From the NCBI RefSeq assembly GCF_009914755.1, contig NC_060929.1: DNA of 64,000 bases. One strand, written 5' to 3'. The translations under genes and the position numbers were made by a program. The stretch comes from the human T2T-CHM13v2.0 reference genome, Homo sapiens. The notes beneath the pieces are model-generated. The model saw only the letters and a list, made by a program, of their open reading frames with translations. It ran no database searches and was not told the DNA's origin. Below, piece by piece: positions 41,927 through 58,699 of the stretch (the stretch's first letter is position 1; the number at the start of each line of letters is the position of its first letter).

Positions 41927-44210
41927 CTCCTAGTTAAGCACTTCCTGATATGGACTTTCAAATTCGTCAATAAAATAAAAAGCATTTACTACAGCTGGCC
42001 TTAACAAATACTAGTCTCTGTCATTTCCTCTCACTAAGTTTAGGTTTACAATGGTGTTTTATTTATGCTTTTGTATGATTGCCACAGTTAGCAGAATGCC
42101 TTGAAAAGTATGTTCTTAGGGTACTTTTTAAAAAGCATGAAATTTATTAACTAAGAATGAGGTTTTCTTTCTCTTGCTCTCTCATTTTTTTGTGCTTTCT
42201 TTTAAAATTTTATGGTTCACTTTTATTATTTTAAGGTTCCTAACAGCCAAGAAGTTCTAGCCCTAAGTTACTTTATTCATTCAGTAGCTAGGTGAGACAT
42301 GTATCTTCTATTTAGCTAAAGACTGGGAATATATTTTCTGGAGTGTGCTAAGATTTCAAGCCAAGTTTTGTATCATCTCCAGGACTCCTTGCAAGTGTGT
42401 AAAACTAAATTTGTCTGCAAATGACTAGTGCAGAAAAAGAAAAATGGATCCTCCTTTTCATTTTCTCCTGAAAATATTCATCAAACCTATATAGTAAGTA
42501 CCCATCTGTCCAAGACAATCTCTGAGAAGAATAAAACACAATCTCTGAAGGCAAGGAACTCATAAACAGAGGCATTCCTGCCAGGATGAAAACAGTATGT
42601 TTCTTGGGTAAATTAAAAAATTAATGTTACATGTCATAGTAGTAGACAGCTTAGAAATTTTGACCTTTGCTTCGGGGAAACTTTGCTCATGAATACTGAG
42701 TGTCAGAAGTGGGGTCAGGGGTTCTTCAGAGAAGGGCAATACGGTGGGCTTCATGGAGGAGGTAGGACTCAAAAAGGATGCTGAGGAAGCATTGGCATTA
42801 GAAGAGCAGAGAGAAAGGGCAAAGGCTGACCCCTGGTCGCAAGGAAGCAGAGGGCCAGTTAAAGAGCCCTCCCTGTAGGAGATGAGATTGGAGAGGTCCA
42901 CTTGGCCAGGTTGTGCTGCACCTTTTAATTCTGTGACTGCAGTCTACTTTGATCCTCTTCCATGTCCTCTCTGTGTCAAGGGGTAACATGAACAGATCCT
43001 GAATAAATATAGTTGCATGCCAAGTTATATTTGGGAAGATTCATGTGGTTCCACTGTGTGGGAAAGATGAGAGAGAGCAAGAAACTAGAGGCAACAAGTT
43101 AGGAAGCAATTGTCTAGGAAAACAATGGAATTTTAGGAATTTAGATGGGATTGCTATTGCTCTGGGGTTTTAGATTCCAGAGCTACACAAGCAGAAATGA
43201 GGGTTTTTAAAATATGACTCCCCCGGCAAAAAGGAAAATGACCACATCTAGGTTTCACTTGGGAGGGAATGAGGATAGACGTCTGGCGTTCCCACCAGAC
43301 TTCTCCCTGGGCTCAGCTCTCTCTGTGGGTCTACCCCTGCCTGCTCCCACGTTTCCCCTCCCTTCTTCCCTTGTTCTGGGCACTGCAGCTTTGTGTTTAC
43401 CATCATTCAACAGTCAGCAAAGAAATACTTCCCTTTAGCGAATGTAGCAAAGACTAACAAGGCTTGCTGGAAACTGATTAGTTCTGGGGTTTCTTGTCCA
43501 GATAGAGCCTCCCTCAAATCATCCTCTTTATCAAAGTCCTCCACGTGGGTGGTGCTGGTTTTATTGAACCTAATCTCTGTTCAGTGAATTGTTGCAATGT
43601 AGCAAGCAAAACATCTGATTGTCAATGCCAGTTTAGATCTGAAGTTGCTAAGCCCTCTGTGTTAGGGGACAAACCCAGAATCAGAGACACCTGCACCCCT
43701 CCCCAGCTGAGATTTGCTCACCAGACTGAGCTTGGGGGATTCACTTCAGCCCTTTGCAGAGTTTCATCTGGGATATGAGTGCCAAGAAAGCCACTGTGTT
43801 CAAGTTGTCCATGAGAATTCGCCTCTATACCCTGGCAAGGCCTGGGAACAGAACAGATCCTCCCTAGAAACGAGAAGTGGAGAACTTTGGAGAAAAACTA
43901 ACTTCATGGGTAAAACTCTGTTTTCCTTTGAAGGATTCTGGTCATTTTGTTAGAAATTAAGAGAGAAAAACAGATTACGGTTGGCTAGTATAGGCCCCTG
44001 GCACCAGGCATCTTGTTCCTTTTTCCTCTATTATATTTCTTGAAATATCTCAGATGGTAGCAGATGCCTGTATCCTAAACTGAAATTATTTGTCTCTGGG
44101 CCAGAATACTCTTAGGAAATCATAAGACATCCCATGAGCATTGACTAGAAAAGCTCATGATGCAATGTTAGATACTTTCAGTTGTAACATGTTTTTTAAT
44201 GTTGTGTTTA

Positions 44211-44550
<340 letters not shown>

Positions 44551-44914
44551 TAGAATCTGTTCGGAATTGAAAAAAAAAGAAAAGTTAAACACATAACTTA
44601 CCATCATTGACTTTAAAAGAAGCAAACCAACCATGATAGCTGGTTCTGGGGAGAAGGTTAGTAAGTGTGTTAAATCAAATCCCACCCATTCTTGGGTGTT
44701 TGGTTTAGGTTGCTTATTCTTTATAAAACCTTCCCTGAGTCAGTATAGCCCATAGTCACCTCTTCTCTGGGCTACTGTAAAAGTGACAGTACTATACAAT
44801 TTAGTCCTTCATTGGAAATGTCCTTGTATTATTCACCATTGTATGTGCTGTTCCTGTTTCCCCAACCAGATGGTAAGATATGTTAGAAAGCAAGGATCCT
44901 ACTAGACTCTGTAT

Positions 44915-45045
44915 GTTTGTTTGTTTAAGATTGGGTCTTAAGCTATGTTTCTCAGGCTGGTCTTGAACTCCTTGGATCAAGCAACCCTCCCACCTCAGCC
45001 TCCTAAAGTGCTGGGATTACAGGTGTGAGCCACTGTGCCTGGCCT
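44915..45045 (-). mobile_element. FLAM/Alu monomer
   Basis: Left-arm sequence only. Confidence 0.85.
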
Positions 45046-45279
45046 TGCTAGACTTCTTATTTCCTAAAAGCAAGCTTCCTTCTGAGAACATAGTATTTGA
45101 CAAACACCTACTGAATGAAAACATTGAGCATGGAAGTTGGGCTCATTTCAGATCTGGCTCTGGGTCTTCCCTTCACTACAAGAAGAGCTCAGGCTCAGTG
45201 TGACCCAGGCCTTGCTATTTGGAGAAGCTGTGTCATGATAAAGTCAGTCACTTGTTATTGACAGCCACGAGTGGCAGTG

Positions 45280-45470
45280 GACATTCTGGTTAAGAACAAA
45301 GGCCTTGGGGTCAGCAAACCTGGGCCCAGATTTTACTTTTCCCACCTATTAGTCGTGTGGCATTGGACAAGTTATTTTACCAATGCTTAGCTTCCTTATG
45401 TATAAAATGAAGATCAAAATAGTACCTACCACTTAGCATGTTTTGGAGAAATAAAATAAGATATGTAGAA
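45280..45470 (+). mobile_element. MIR
   Basis: tggttaagaac...ttggacaagttatt...cttagcttccttatgtataaaatgaagat. Confidence 0.75.
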
Positions 45471-45811
45471 CCATATGCCCCACTTCCCCAGCTGGGTATG
45501 TAAGTAATGTAATTTTCCCAGATTAGGAAATTCATAATCCTGTCCCTTCTTTGTGGACCCCCTTCCAGGGTCCAGCCTGGATACCCAGAAGTGCTTATTT
45601 GGTCTCAAGGGTCAGTCCTAGATCTTCTCACCCTGCCGGGTGTTCCAGGCTCCCCAGATGCCCTCTGCTGTAATGACATTGCTGCCAGAGCCTGATGGTG
45701 CTGCTACACCTGCTGCAGCTTGGCGAGCCACAGCAGAGCCCTTGACACTGACTGCCTTGCAGTGGCTCCTCAGGCCAGGAGGGAGGCTGTTTCTGGGTTG
45801 CCAGTGTGTAG

Positions 45812-46354
<543 letters not shown>

Positions 46355-46744
46355 TGAAGGCCTATGGGAGATGGTTCTGAATACAAAAAAATATGAACAA
46401 CAACAACAACCATTTGTCTCTATCTTGCTTAAATGCAGGTAGGGGAATAATTATAGATTACATGGCATTTAGGCACAATGTTTATTTTCCTTAAGATTGG
46501 GGTTTGTGTGTGTATTGCAATCCTTGACCACCAGAAGAATGAGGAGGCATAGCTTTGCCTCACACAGATGGCTGGTCTTGGAAGAAGACCAAACCTGGAG
46601 TACCAAGACCTCTTCCGAGCTGTCCTGTGGAAATGCCTCAGTGTTATCCTAGACTGAATCTCCTGGACAGACAGGCCATGCTGGTTGGCCAACACACGTA
46701 TTTTAACTATGTGGCCGACGTGTTTGCCACTCACTCTGTGGTTA

Positions 46745-47082
<338 letters not shown>

Positions 47083-47490
47083 CAGAGTAATATCACAATG
47101 TACATATCCCGACAAACTCCCTGCTTTCTGCTTACGAGGAGGAATTGGCAACACAGAATCATGCAGCAGGAAGAATCCATGGTTATACTTATAAAGCAGC
47201 CTTTTGAATTGGGTGGGTGGGGTGGGTTGAGAGTCACAGAGGCCTGGTTCCAGCCTGCTGGTCTTCTGTCACACTGACTTCTGCGATCTTGAATGAAGGG
47301 ACATGGGACTTCCCCTGAGTTAGATGACCAGTGTGACTGATTTGCTGGGCCCAGCTTGTGTGGATTGGTAGGATGGAGTCAGAGTGAGAGCAAATTGTAC
47401 AGTAAGGTGGTGACTGTAGCAGGAGGATAAAAAAAGAGCCCTGGCTGATGAAGCGCCTTCCAACAGAGGTGGCTTAAATACTCCTTCCCC

Positions 47491-47901
<411 letters not shown>

Positions 47902-48155
47902 CTAAGGGAAAAATGGAGAAGAATGGCCCTCAAGACAGGAAGCAGAATTAGGGATTGGGTGTGAATTATGTAAATTTTGTTTTCCTTTACCTTGGACTCT
48001 GGAAATGGCCCAATTTAGTGCCAGGTTTTAAGTTTTTCTCCTGTGTATTATATCCTCTAGCCACCAAGTCCTTCACTAGCAACTATTTACATCTGCAGCC
48101 TGGCGTGATGATGCCGTGGGGAAATGAGGGACAGAGCAGAGCTGGCCATGGGGGC

Positions 48156-48535
48156 TATATTAGTCCATTTTCTGCTGCTATAAGAGAATACTGCAGAGTA
48201 GGTAATTTAAAAAGAAAAAAAAAATGTTGATTTGACTCATGGTTCTAGAGGCTGGAAAGTCCAAGAACATGGCACTGGCATCTGGCAAGGGTCACCCCAT
48301 GACAGAGGGGCAGAAGGAATATGAGCGTGCAAGACACGGATTAAATCAAGCTGAACTCATTGTTTAATGAAAACCCCACTTCTGTGATAACTAACCCATT
48401 AATAACAGCATTAATCCATTCATGAGCGCGGAGCCCTTATGGCCTAATCACTTCTTAAAGGTCCTACCTCTTAATACTATCACAATGGCAATTGAATTTC
48501 AACATGAGTTTTAGAGGAGACATTCAGACCATACA
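48156..48535 (-). mobile_element. MST (MSTC/D-like) MaLR LTR
   Basis: tattagtccattttctgctgctataa...ggctggaaagtccaaga...gcattaatccattcatgag...tttcaacatgagtttt. Confidence 0.85.
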
Positions 48536-49874
48536 TAGTAGGATCATAGCTTGCTCCATGTCACCCTGCTATGAAGCCAGCAGCAAAGTCAGGGCAAGCC
48601 AAGGATGGAAGGAGCCCATGATACAGAGGAGAGTGGCCTGACTCATGAACAGGCATTTGTATATAAATATAGATATGTCTCACAAATACAGCAGAGGAAG
48701 GAACCCTTGCTGGAGAAAGAGGTGAGCACTCTGTAAGGTTAATGGGAATTTATTTCCTTTTTTTTTTTTTTCCTGAGCAGCCCCTCTTTTAGGGAGGAAG
48801 TCTATTACTCCAAACTCCTGATGGCAGAGTTAAAGCCTCACAGGTCTGAACAGATATTCCCCTGGGATATTCAGCTTTTGGGGAACAGCCAGCTCAACAG
48901 TGAACCTCTAATCTCATGGCAAATTATTTAAATCTGAGAATCCATTCAAGTCTTATTTTGAGTACCCTAGTCCATCCAATATCTTTTAATAATTTTGTAT
49001 CTCAAAAAAAGAAGGGAATTGTCCTTACGTAAAAGTTGGTATGTAAACAAAAGGTTATAAACAGGTTGGTATGTAAACAAGTGGTTTTCTGTAAACAAGT
49101 GGTTATTTATATCCTATTAAGTACTATATACATCAACAGTATATAAATAATAGTCCCTGGCCAAGGCAAAGACATAATCTATTGCGTCTTCTGCTGGAAA
49201 AGAGAATTGCTCTTACCAGAATAAAGGACTGTGCTCCAAAGGTGAATTAATGTTTTCATCTCTATAGACTAAAAACTTGTCAATAACTTCCAAAAGCAAA
49301 AAACTCCTTAATGTCCTTTCTCTCCGTGGTGCCCAATTACTTGCACCTGCACACGGCATGCACTCATTGTTGGTGCTGCCAGTGTTCCAATCCCTTCTAC
49401 TGAACCCTGCAATGCTCTCAGAGCCTGCTGCTCTTCTTTAGTTCACTTGGCAGTTAATATGATGTTGAAAACACCACCATTCATTAAGAGTGGAGGGGTA
49501 CAGCACCATTGCTTTCAATTCAGATGGTCTGTGGTAGAGACTACAAGTGGTCACCTATTTCCATTCTTTCACTTTTGTGCACAGCACCAAAATCCCCAAT
49601 ATTTTTTAAGGCACGTGGCCATCAAGGATACAGTGTGACTGTCTGTGCTTCCCTTGCAGTTAGATGTGGGCATAAGATGACATCCTGGACAATGGATTGT
49701 GAACGAATGTGATGAGGCCATCTGCCAGGTTGTGTCCATGAGGGGAAGGTGTACACCCCTTTTGCCCTTTCTCCTTTCATAGAAGGAGGACAAGTTGCGG
49801 AAGAAGCCAATCTTCTAGGGAATCCAAGCAACCCAATCAAGGAAATCTGGATTTCTGACACCAGTACTCAGTGG

Positions 49875-50698
<824 letters not shown>

Positions 50699-51586
50699 TC
50701 TGTGGAGCAACTATACTAGCTCTGGACTGTTTATATAAGAGAAAAATAAACTTCTATTGTCTTTAAATCACTATGATTTCAGAGCTTTAAGAGCACACTA
50801 ATCTTATCTTATAGAAGGTTGAAACTATTAAGACAAAAGTGAAAATATGACTAGGCAGTTTAACCTGAAAGTTGCACATATACATTGACACCCCCAACCC
50901 CCTGCCCTGCGGTCACCTTCTGTTCCCCCAGGCCAGTCCTCTAAGTTGCATCCCTTTTCCTCTCATTTCTTTCCTTCTGCCTAGTAATTTGTTCCATTTC
51001 ACTAGCTGCCGGCTCTCAGGGCAGCTGCCCTCCATGATCCCTGTGGCCTTTCCCTTCCAGAGACCCCTGTGTCTCTGCCCAAGCTGTGCCTTGTTGAAGG
51101 AGCTATATTTGCTTGTGTGGCAAACCCTGAGGCACGAGGGCCAGCTTTTCTCCCCTCACCACACATATGCCTTCTTAACTTAAGGGAAAAAATTCCATTC
51201 CCCTTCAGGGAACATTAAAGAAGTGGGGTAAAAAGCAAAGTTTTGGTTGCACGATAGGTTGAGTCCTCTAAACCACTTAAGAGGTATATTTCAAAATGAA
51301 GAAAGAATTTGAAGTACAAAGAATTAGTCAGGTATGAAAATCATTTAACCTTCGGCAAGCACCTAAAGCCAAACTCTATGGGGGTGCCCAACAGGCCGTG
51401 AGCTTGGAAGAGAAGTCGTTTCCTTCCCAAAGCTGACCTTTGAAAGTGAAGATGCTGCTCTAATATTACTTCTACTGGCCAGAGGGGGAAATGCCCAGTC
51501 ATTGGATTCTGCAAAACTAGAGGAAATCAGGGCCCTGTGATATTGATTCTCTTCTAACTCCTACAGAGAAGTTTTCTCTCCACGTC

Positions 51587-51840
51587 TTTGTTTGAGACAG
51601 AGTCTTGCTCTCTCAACTAAGCTGGAATGCAGTGGCGAGATCATTCTCCCACCTCAGCCTCCCGAGTAGCTGGGACTACAGGCACACACAACCATGACCA
51701 GCTAATTTTTAAAATTCTTTGTGGAGATGTGCATTTACTATGTTGCTCAGGCTGGTCTCAAACTCCTAGCCTCAAGCCATCCTCCTGTCTGGACCTCCCA
51801 CAGTGCTGGTATTATAGGCGTGAGCCACTGCACCCAGCCC
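51587..51840 (-). mobile_element. AluJ with internal deletion
   Basis: gagatca joins directly to ttctcccacctcagcc. Confidence 0.85.
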
Positions 51841-52849
51841 TCTCCAAGTCTTAAGGCAAACTGTAGCCACTTTCCTCTTGAGGTAAAGTAGACATGGCCT
51901 CTTCCAGTTGACTTCTTCCAATATGTTTCAGTAGTTAGAAATTCAAATGAGATAGCAATCCATTCCCTCTGATGCTGGCTAGTAAGGCCAAAAGGAGTAT
52001 TTCCAATGCTGTCAGATGTGTCAGCTTCTGTGAGGAGTTGAGTCCAGCAGAGGGTGTTTGATTTATGTAGTTCTAGAGGGGGGGCATTTCTAGTAACTGA
52101 AATAGTTGAGAATCCTACTCTGAATCACTTCCCTAAGCCCCTTTTGTTTTAGTGCCATTCTTTGTTAAAGCCTAAGTCAGATTATTGGTTTCTTTTGAGC
52201 AGAAACTGCAACAGATAAGGCCTGTCTCCCTAAGCCAGATCCATGTGATCATTGCTTTTGATCTGACAGCTACTGGCAGGAGTGTAGCTAGTGCAGGTGA
52301 TGTGGATTTCGCCCTGGTCAGTGACCCCCTACTTATACCTGACTAGCTCTCCCCAACCCCAACCCCAATCTTTGGTCTTTATTCCAAAAATGCAAACCTA
52401 TTTAGATATCCAACTAAGCAGACATTAAATGGGAAGGAAAATACATTTTTGAAAAAAAGTATGATGACATGTTTCAAACCCAAGCCCTTTTTTCTCAGAC
52501 AGTCCCCTGCTTCGGCATCCTGTCCACATGGCTAGTGTGTAATCCGTTGCTTGCTTACTGGTCTCCCTTCCTCCCTAGATCCTGAGCTCCATGAGGGCAG
52601 GAAGCATGGCATGGTTATCTCCCGCCTGACGCTCGCCACTTGGTGCATGATGAGTAAATGTTCATTTGATATGAATTCTCCCCTCACTGGCATGGCTTAG
52701 TGAAAGCTAAAGAAACAGAGTAAAGTAAGTGAAGTTCAGCTCATCCTCCCCATCCCCCCTCACTTCTCCTTTTTTCTTCCTTCCCCTGATGTCCTCATCT
52801 CTCTCCCTGTCTCAGAAGCACTGTCAGCTTCCATAAATTACAGGAATAA

Positions 52850-53341
<492 letters not shown>

Positions 53342-53361
53342 TGATGTCCCCCTTTGACTAC

Positions 53362-53712
53362 TGTGGTAGATGTCACTAATGTTCTCCTTTACCTCCTAGT
53401 AGAAAGAGAAATATCTTTTCTGCCCTTTCGAAGTTAGGTGTAACCATGTGACTTGCATTGGCATAAGAATTAAGAGCTTCCACACTTTGCCCCAGTCACA
53501 GTTGTCAGAGCAGTGCATACAAATGTGTTTTTAGACAGAGGTGCCACAAGAGCAAAGAATCCTGGATCATTGAGCTGTCACCTGAGGAGAGTCACCCTGA
53601 CCCCCAATGAGCTTTGCATGTGCAAGAAATAAATATTTGTTGTTTTAAGCCACTACGAGTTTTGGAGATTGTTTGTTGCTAACAAATATCTTGGCCTATC
53701 CTGGCTGATATA
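53362..53712 (+). mobile_element. MLT1H/I/J-like LTR
   Basis: gaagttaggtgtaaccatgtgacttgc...gcaagaaataaatatttgttgttttaagccact...ggagattgtttgtt. Confidence 0.7.
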
Positions 53713-54435
53713 ACTACCTTCTGTACTTTGCTTACTCTGTCCATATTTCAATTGTTTATTAATCATAAGGTGCCCTGTGAAAGCAAAAGTCAGGCTAGTG
53801 GCTCTTATGGTCTTTAACAAATGTGATGGCAACATATCACTTTCAAAATTGTTCAAAAGGCTTCACTTGGGAAATGTGCCAGAGGGGAGCTATTGCTTTT
53901 CTTCATCTGCCCCTTTACTATACCCTCGCCTCCCACTTCCTTCCCACACATGGTGACCTGGGACACTTCATGTGAGATCTGCCGAATTTGGCCTCCACAA
54001 CTCCAGAATCAACCTTCCCTTCTTTTCTTCATCTCACCTGAGCTGCCTCCACCTCACGACACTCTTCTCAGATGGGTGTTACAGAAGTGCCAGGAATTCT
54101 TCTAGAAGTAACTAACTCCTAGCACTTGTGAAATCAAAGCCCATGGACAACAAATTGCTCTCCATTTGTGGACACATGGCTTCCCTGAATGTGCAAGACA
54201 GATCTAATTCTCAATGGTTGCCTGGCACTGGTTAGCTCTGGACCCACGGACACTTTCACTGGTAAAATTACTGAGATGATGATCATGAAGCTTAATGAAC
54301 AAAACATGACTAAATTAACTTGTGGTCAGTCAACAATTCAATCCGAGGACACTGACACTGTCTCCCACAATTGGCTTGACTGTAACAGGGCAATGCATGA
54401 ATAACATAGGGAGACTGAGCTTTGCCTTTGGATAA

Positions 54436-54924
<489 letters not shown>

Positions 54925-55139
54925 TGAAAGTTGCAATTTTCTCTGGAAGGAATTTTAATTGTAGACATTTTAATTTACATTAAATCATTAATATATTTTC
55001 CTGTAACTCACTGTATAAGAAATCTTTCCTTCAGAACCTAATGGGGCTCAAAAGTAAAAATAAAAGTAAAAAGTCTTTCTTGACTGATCCTGGAGATTGG
55101 AGTGGGGAGAAACTACAGCAAGTTAAGAATAGAGTCTGG

Positions 55140-56120
55140 GCCTTAATAAATTGACAGATATACCATGTTCATAGATTGGAAGATTGAAGATTGAATATTG
55201 TTAAGACATTAATTATCCACAAAATGATCTATAGATCCAACTCATTACCTGTCAAAATCTCAGCAGTATTTTTTGTAGAAATTGATGATCATGTTCTAAA
55301 GTGTATATGAAAATACAAAGAACCTGGAAGAGCCAAAACAAATTTGAGAAAGATGAACGAACTTGGAACACTTATATGACCCGATTTCTAGACTTAAAGC
55401 TACAGTAATCCACAGAGTGTGGTGTTGGTGAAAGGATAGACATATAGACTACTGAAAAAACTATTCTTAACCTGGGCCCATTCATATATTGCTAACTGAT
55501 TTTGACAGAGGTGCTAAGGTAATTCCATGGGGAAGGTATAGTCCTCTCAACAAATGGTGTAGAAACAACTGGATATCTACATAGGAAAAAAATGAATTTC
55601 AGTCTTCATCTATTATGGAAAACTCAACTTGAAATGGATCATAGACCTAATGATAAGAGTTAAAACTATAAAACTTAAAGAAAAGATAAGAAATCCTTGT
55701 GATCTTGGGTAGACAAACATTTCCTAGAGAGGCAACAGAGGCATGAGCTATAAAACAGATAATTGCCATAAAAGAGCCATAAAAATAAATGATAAGTAAA
55801 TTGTTTCATGTTCATACAAAGCAACACTACTCAGCATTACCAAGGAATAAACTGCTGATACATGCAACAATATGGTAATCTCAAAAGCACAATACTAAGT
55901 GAAAGATGCCAAATGCAAAAGATTACAGGCTATATTATTTCATTTGTATGAAATTTTAGAAAAAGCAAAACTTTAGTGTTAGAAAGCAGATCAGTCTTTG
56001 CATGGAGCCAGGGCAAGTGTCTAACTGCAAAGGGACATAAGGAAACTTTTGGAAAATATGCCTTGTGGTGCTGATTGTGTGACCATATGCATTTGTCAAA
56101 ACTCATGAGACTGTACCCTT
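55140..56120 (+). mobile_element. Old L1M (MC/MD/ME) ORF2 3' and 3'UTR fragments
   Basis: ataccatgttcatagattggaaga...aaagctacagtaatc...tcaacaaatggtg...ttgtcaaaactcat. Confidence 0.8.
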
Positions 56121-56121
56121 A

Positions 56122-56435
56122 TGTGCAGAAAAGAGTTAACACAGCCAATCTGAGGCTGCTATTCTTAGAAAGGCCTGCTTGGAAGGTTGGCTCTTGGATG
56201 GTGTCTGGGAACTTGGATTTTTGGAGTCTTCTCACTGTTCTCTAACTTATGAGGGTGGTTTGCTGTGTCTAGACTGTTTATGCAAATAATGTGCTTTATG
56301 CTAAACATCTGCTTTCCTTCTGGAAGTTCTGGAATTTTGGTACATGTTAGGCAAAGGTGCCTATGTAAATAGCCCCCAGTTAAAACCTTGAGACTGAGTC
56401 TTTAATGGGCTCTCTGGGGAGAAAATTCACCCAAA
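56122..56435 (+). mobile_element. MER21-like LTR, 5' part
   Basis: TGTGCAGAAAAGAGTTAACA...cttagaaaggcctgctt...gggaacttggattt. Confidence 0.7.
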
Positions 56436-56441
56436 TTGTAT

Positions 56442-57432
56442 TTTAAAAATGCAATTTCAACTTCTATTTTAGATTCAGGGGTATTACGTGATGCTAAGTT
56501 TTGGGGTACGATTGATCCTATCACCCAGGTAGTGAGCATAATACTCAATAGTTTTTAACTCTCACCCTTCTCCCTCCCTCTCCTTCTAGTAATCCCTAGT
56601 GTCTATTGTTGCCATCTTTATGTCCATGAATACCCAATGTTTAGCTCCGTCTTATAAATGAGCACATGCAGTATTTGGTTTTCTTTTCCTGCATTAATTC
56701 ACTTAGGATAATGGCCTCCAGATGCATCTATGTTGCTGCAAAGGACATTATTTCATTCTTTATGTTTGTGTAGTATTCTGTGGTGTATATATACTACATT
56801 TTCTTCATTTAATCCACTGTTGATGGGCACCTAGGTTGATTCCATGTCTTTGCTATTATGAATAGTGCTACAATAAACATACAAATATATGTGTCTTTTT
56901 TGATTAAACAATTTGTTTTCTTTTGGGTATATACCCAGTAATGGGATTGCTAGGCTGAATGATAGCTCTGCTTTAATTTAATTAATTTATTTTTATTTTT
57001 TGAGATGGAGTCTCGCTCTGTCACTCAGGCTAGAGTGCAGTGGCACAATCTCAGCTCACTGTAACCTCTGCCTCTCAGGTTCAAGAGATTCTCCTGCCTC
57101 AGCCTCCTGAGCAGCTGGGACTACAGGCACGCGCCACCATGCCCAGCTAATTTTTTGTATTTTTAGTAGAGACAGGGTTTCACCATATTGGCCAGGCTGG
57201 TCTCCAACTCCTGACCTCATGATCCACCCGCCTCAGCCTCCCAAAGTGCTGGGATTATAGGTGTGAGCCACCGCGCCTAGCCTGCTTTAAGTTCTTTCAG
57301 AAATCTCCAAACTACTTTCCACAGTGGCTAAACTAATTTACATTCCCACTGACAGTGTATAACATTCCCTTCTCTCTGCAGCCTCACCAGCACCTGTTGT
57401 TTTTTTGACTTTTTAATAATAACCATTCCAAT
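56442..57432 (-). mobile_element. Older L1PA 3' end, split by an Alu
   Basis: caacttctattttagattcagggg...tcacccaggtagtgagcata...aactaatttacattcccact. Confidence 0.88.
56976..57282 (-). mobile_element. AluS(c-like)
   Basis: TSD ctgctttaa. Confidence 0.92.
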
Positions 57433-57443
57433 GGGACACACAT

Positions 57444-57725
57444 TGTATTGGTGTCTTAGGGCTGCTGTAACAAATTGTCACAAACTAGGTGGCTTAAAAC
57501 AGATTTATTCTCTCACAATTTTGGAAGCCAAAAGTCTAAAATAAAGATATTGGTAGGGCTGAACTCCCTTCAGAGGCTTTAGGAGAGATTCCATTCCTTG
57601 CCTCTTCCAACTTCTGGTGGTTTCCCAGGCATGTGACTGCATCATTCCTATCTCTGTCTCCATAGTCACATTTCCTCCTCCTTTTCTCTGTGCCTGTCTC
57701 TCCCCTGTGTTTCATTTATAAGGAA
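57444..57725 (-). mobile_element. MLT1B/C LTR fragment
   Basis: cttagggctgctgtaacaaattgtcacaaactaggtggcttaaaacag. Confidence 0.8.
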
Positions 57726-58699
57726 AGCCTTGGGATCCCTCTGGCCCTTTCCTCCCTCCCAAATCTCTTCTTGGCTACTAGGCTGGCCTTGTGGTCAGAG
57801 TGGGTGTCAACCACCAGCTGGAAAGACCTCTGATCTCCAGAGTCCCTTGTCATTTCCAGATAATGCCAACAGCATTGCTACTGGAGAGAACCATTCCAGA
57901 GTCTTGGTCTTCCCCTTTTAAAATGCAAATATCTGTGACAAAGCGGATAAAATTATGTGTAGAGTATAACGCTTTTCTTATGATGTAGTCCTATTTGAAA
58001 AAGGAATTGTATAATATAACACAAATGAGCTTATGGTGGTGTCCTCCCGTCTGAGGGCCAGCACTATAGCTCTCCCCACCATCTCTACCAAAACAGACTC
58101 TTTGGGAATAATGAGAGCATCCTGATGGAGGAAAAGGGGCCTAGGAGAGGCTGAGGCTTTTAAAAAGGCCTTCATCTACATTGGGCATTTGTTCAGCATT
58201 CGCCTGCTTTGCTAATTTGGTTGCTGCATGCCCACTTTGGGACAAGAAGGAAAGCACTCTTCTCCAATACATCAACTAGATGATTAATAAATGAAGAAGT
58301 GAAGTTCATACTCATTGCTAGCTCTGGTACCATAGCAGCAGAGGCCATCTGTAGCAGCATGTTCCACTTTAGGGGTTAGATGACCTAGATTCTATGACCT
58401 TCCACAGCCACCAACTGGCTGTTCTGTACCCTTAGCAAGTCACATTCTGCTTAGATCTCAATTTTCTTATCTGTCCATGAGACAGATAGCACCTACTCTA
58501 TCCTCTCTATAGATTTTTACAGCATTGCAGCCATCAGAATGAGGGAACCTGCAGTAGGAATGGATGTGCCCCTTTCCCCTCCCTTTCTTACATTGGTTCC
58601 CTGGGCAGTGTGTACTTGGGTATTGGTTAGTATCTGGGACTGGTGACCAGAGAGGTCTCTCGACCAGATGCAGATGAGTGGATCAAAAAAGGATGTACT

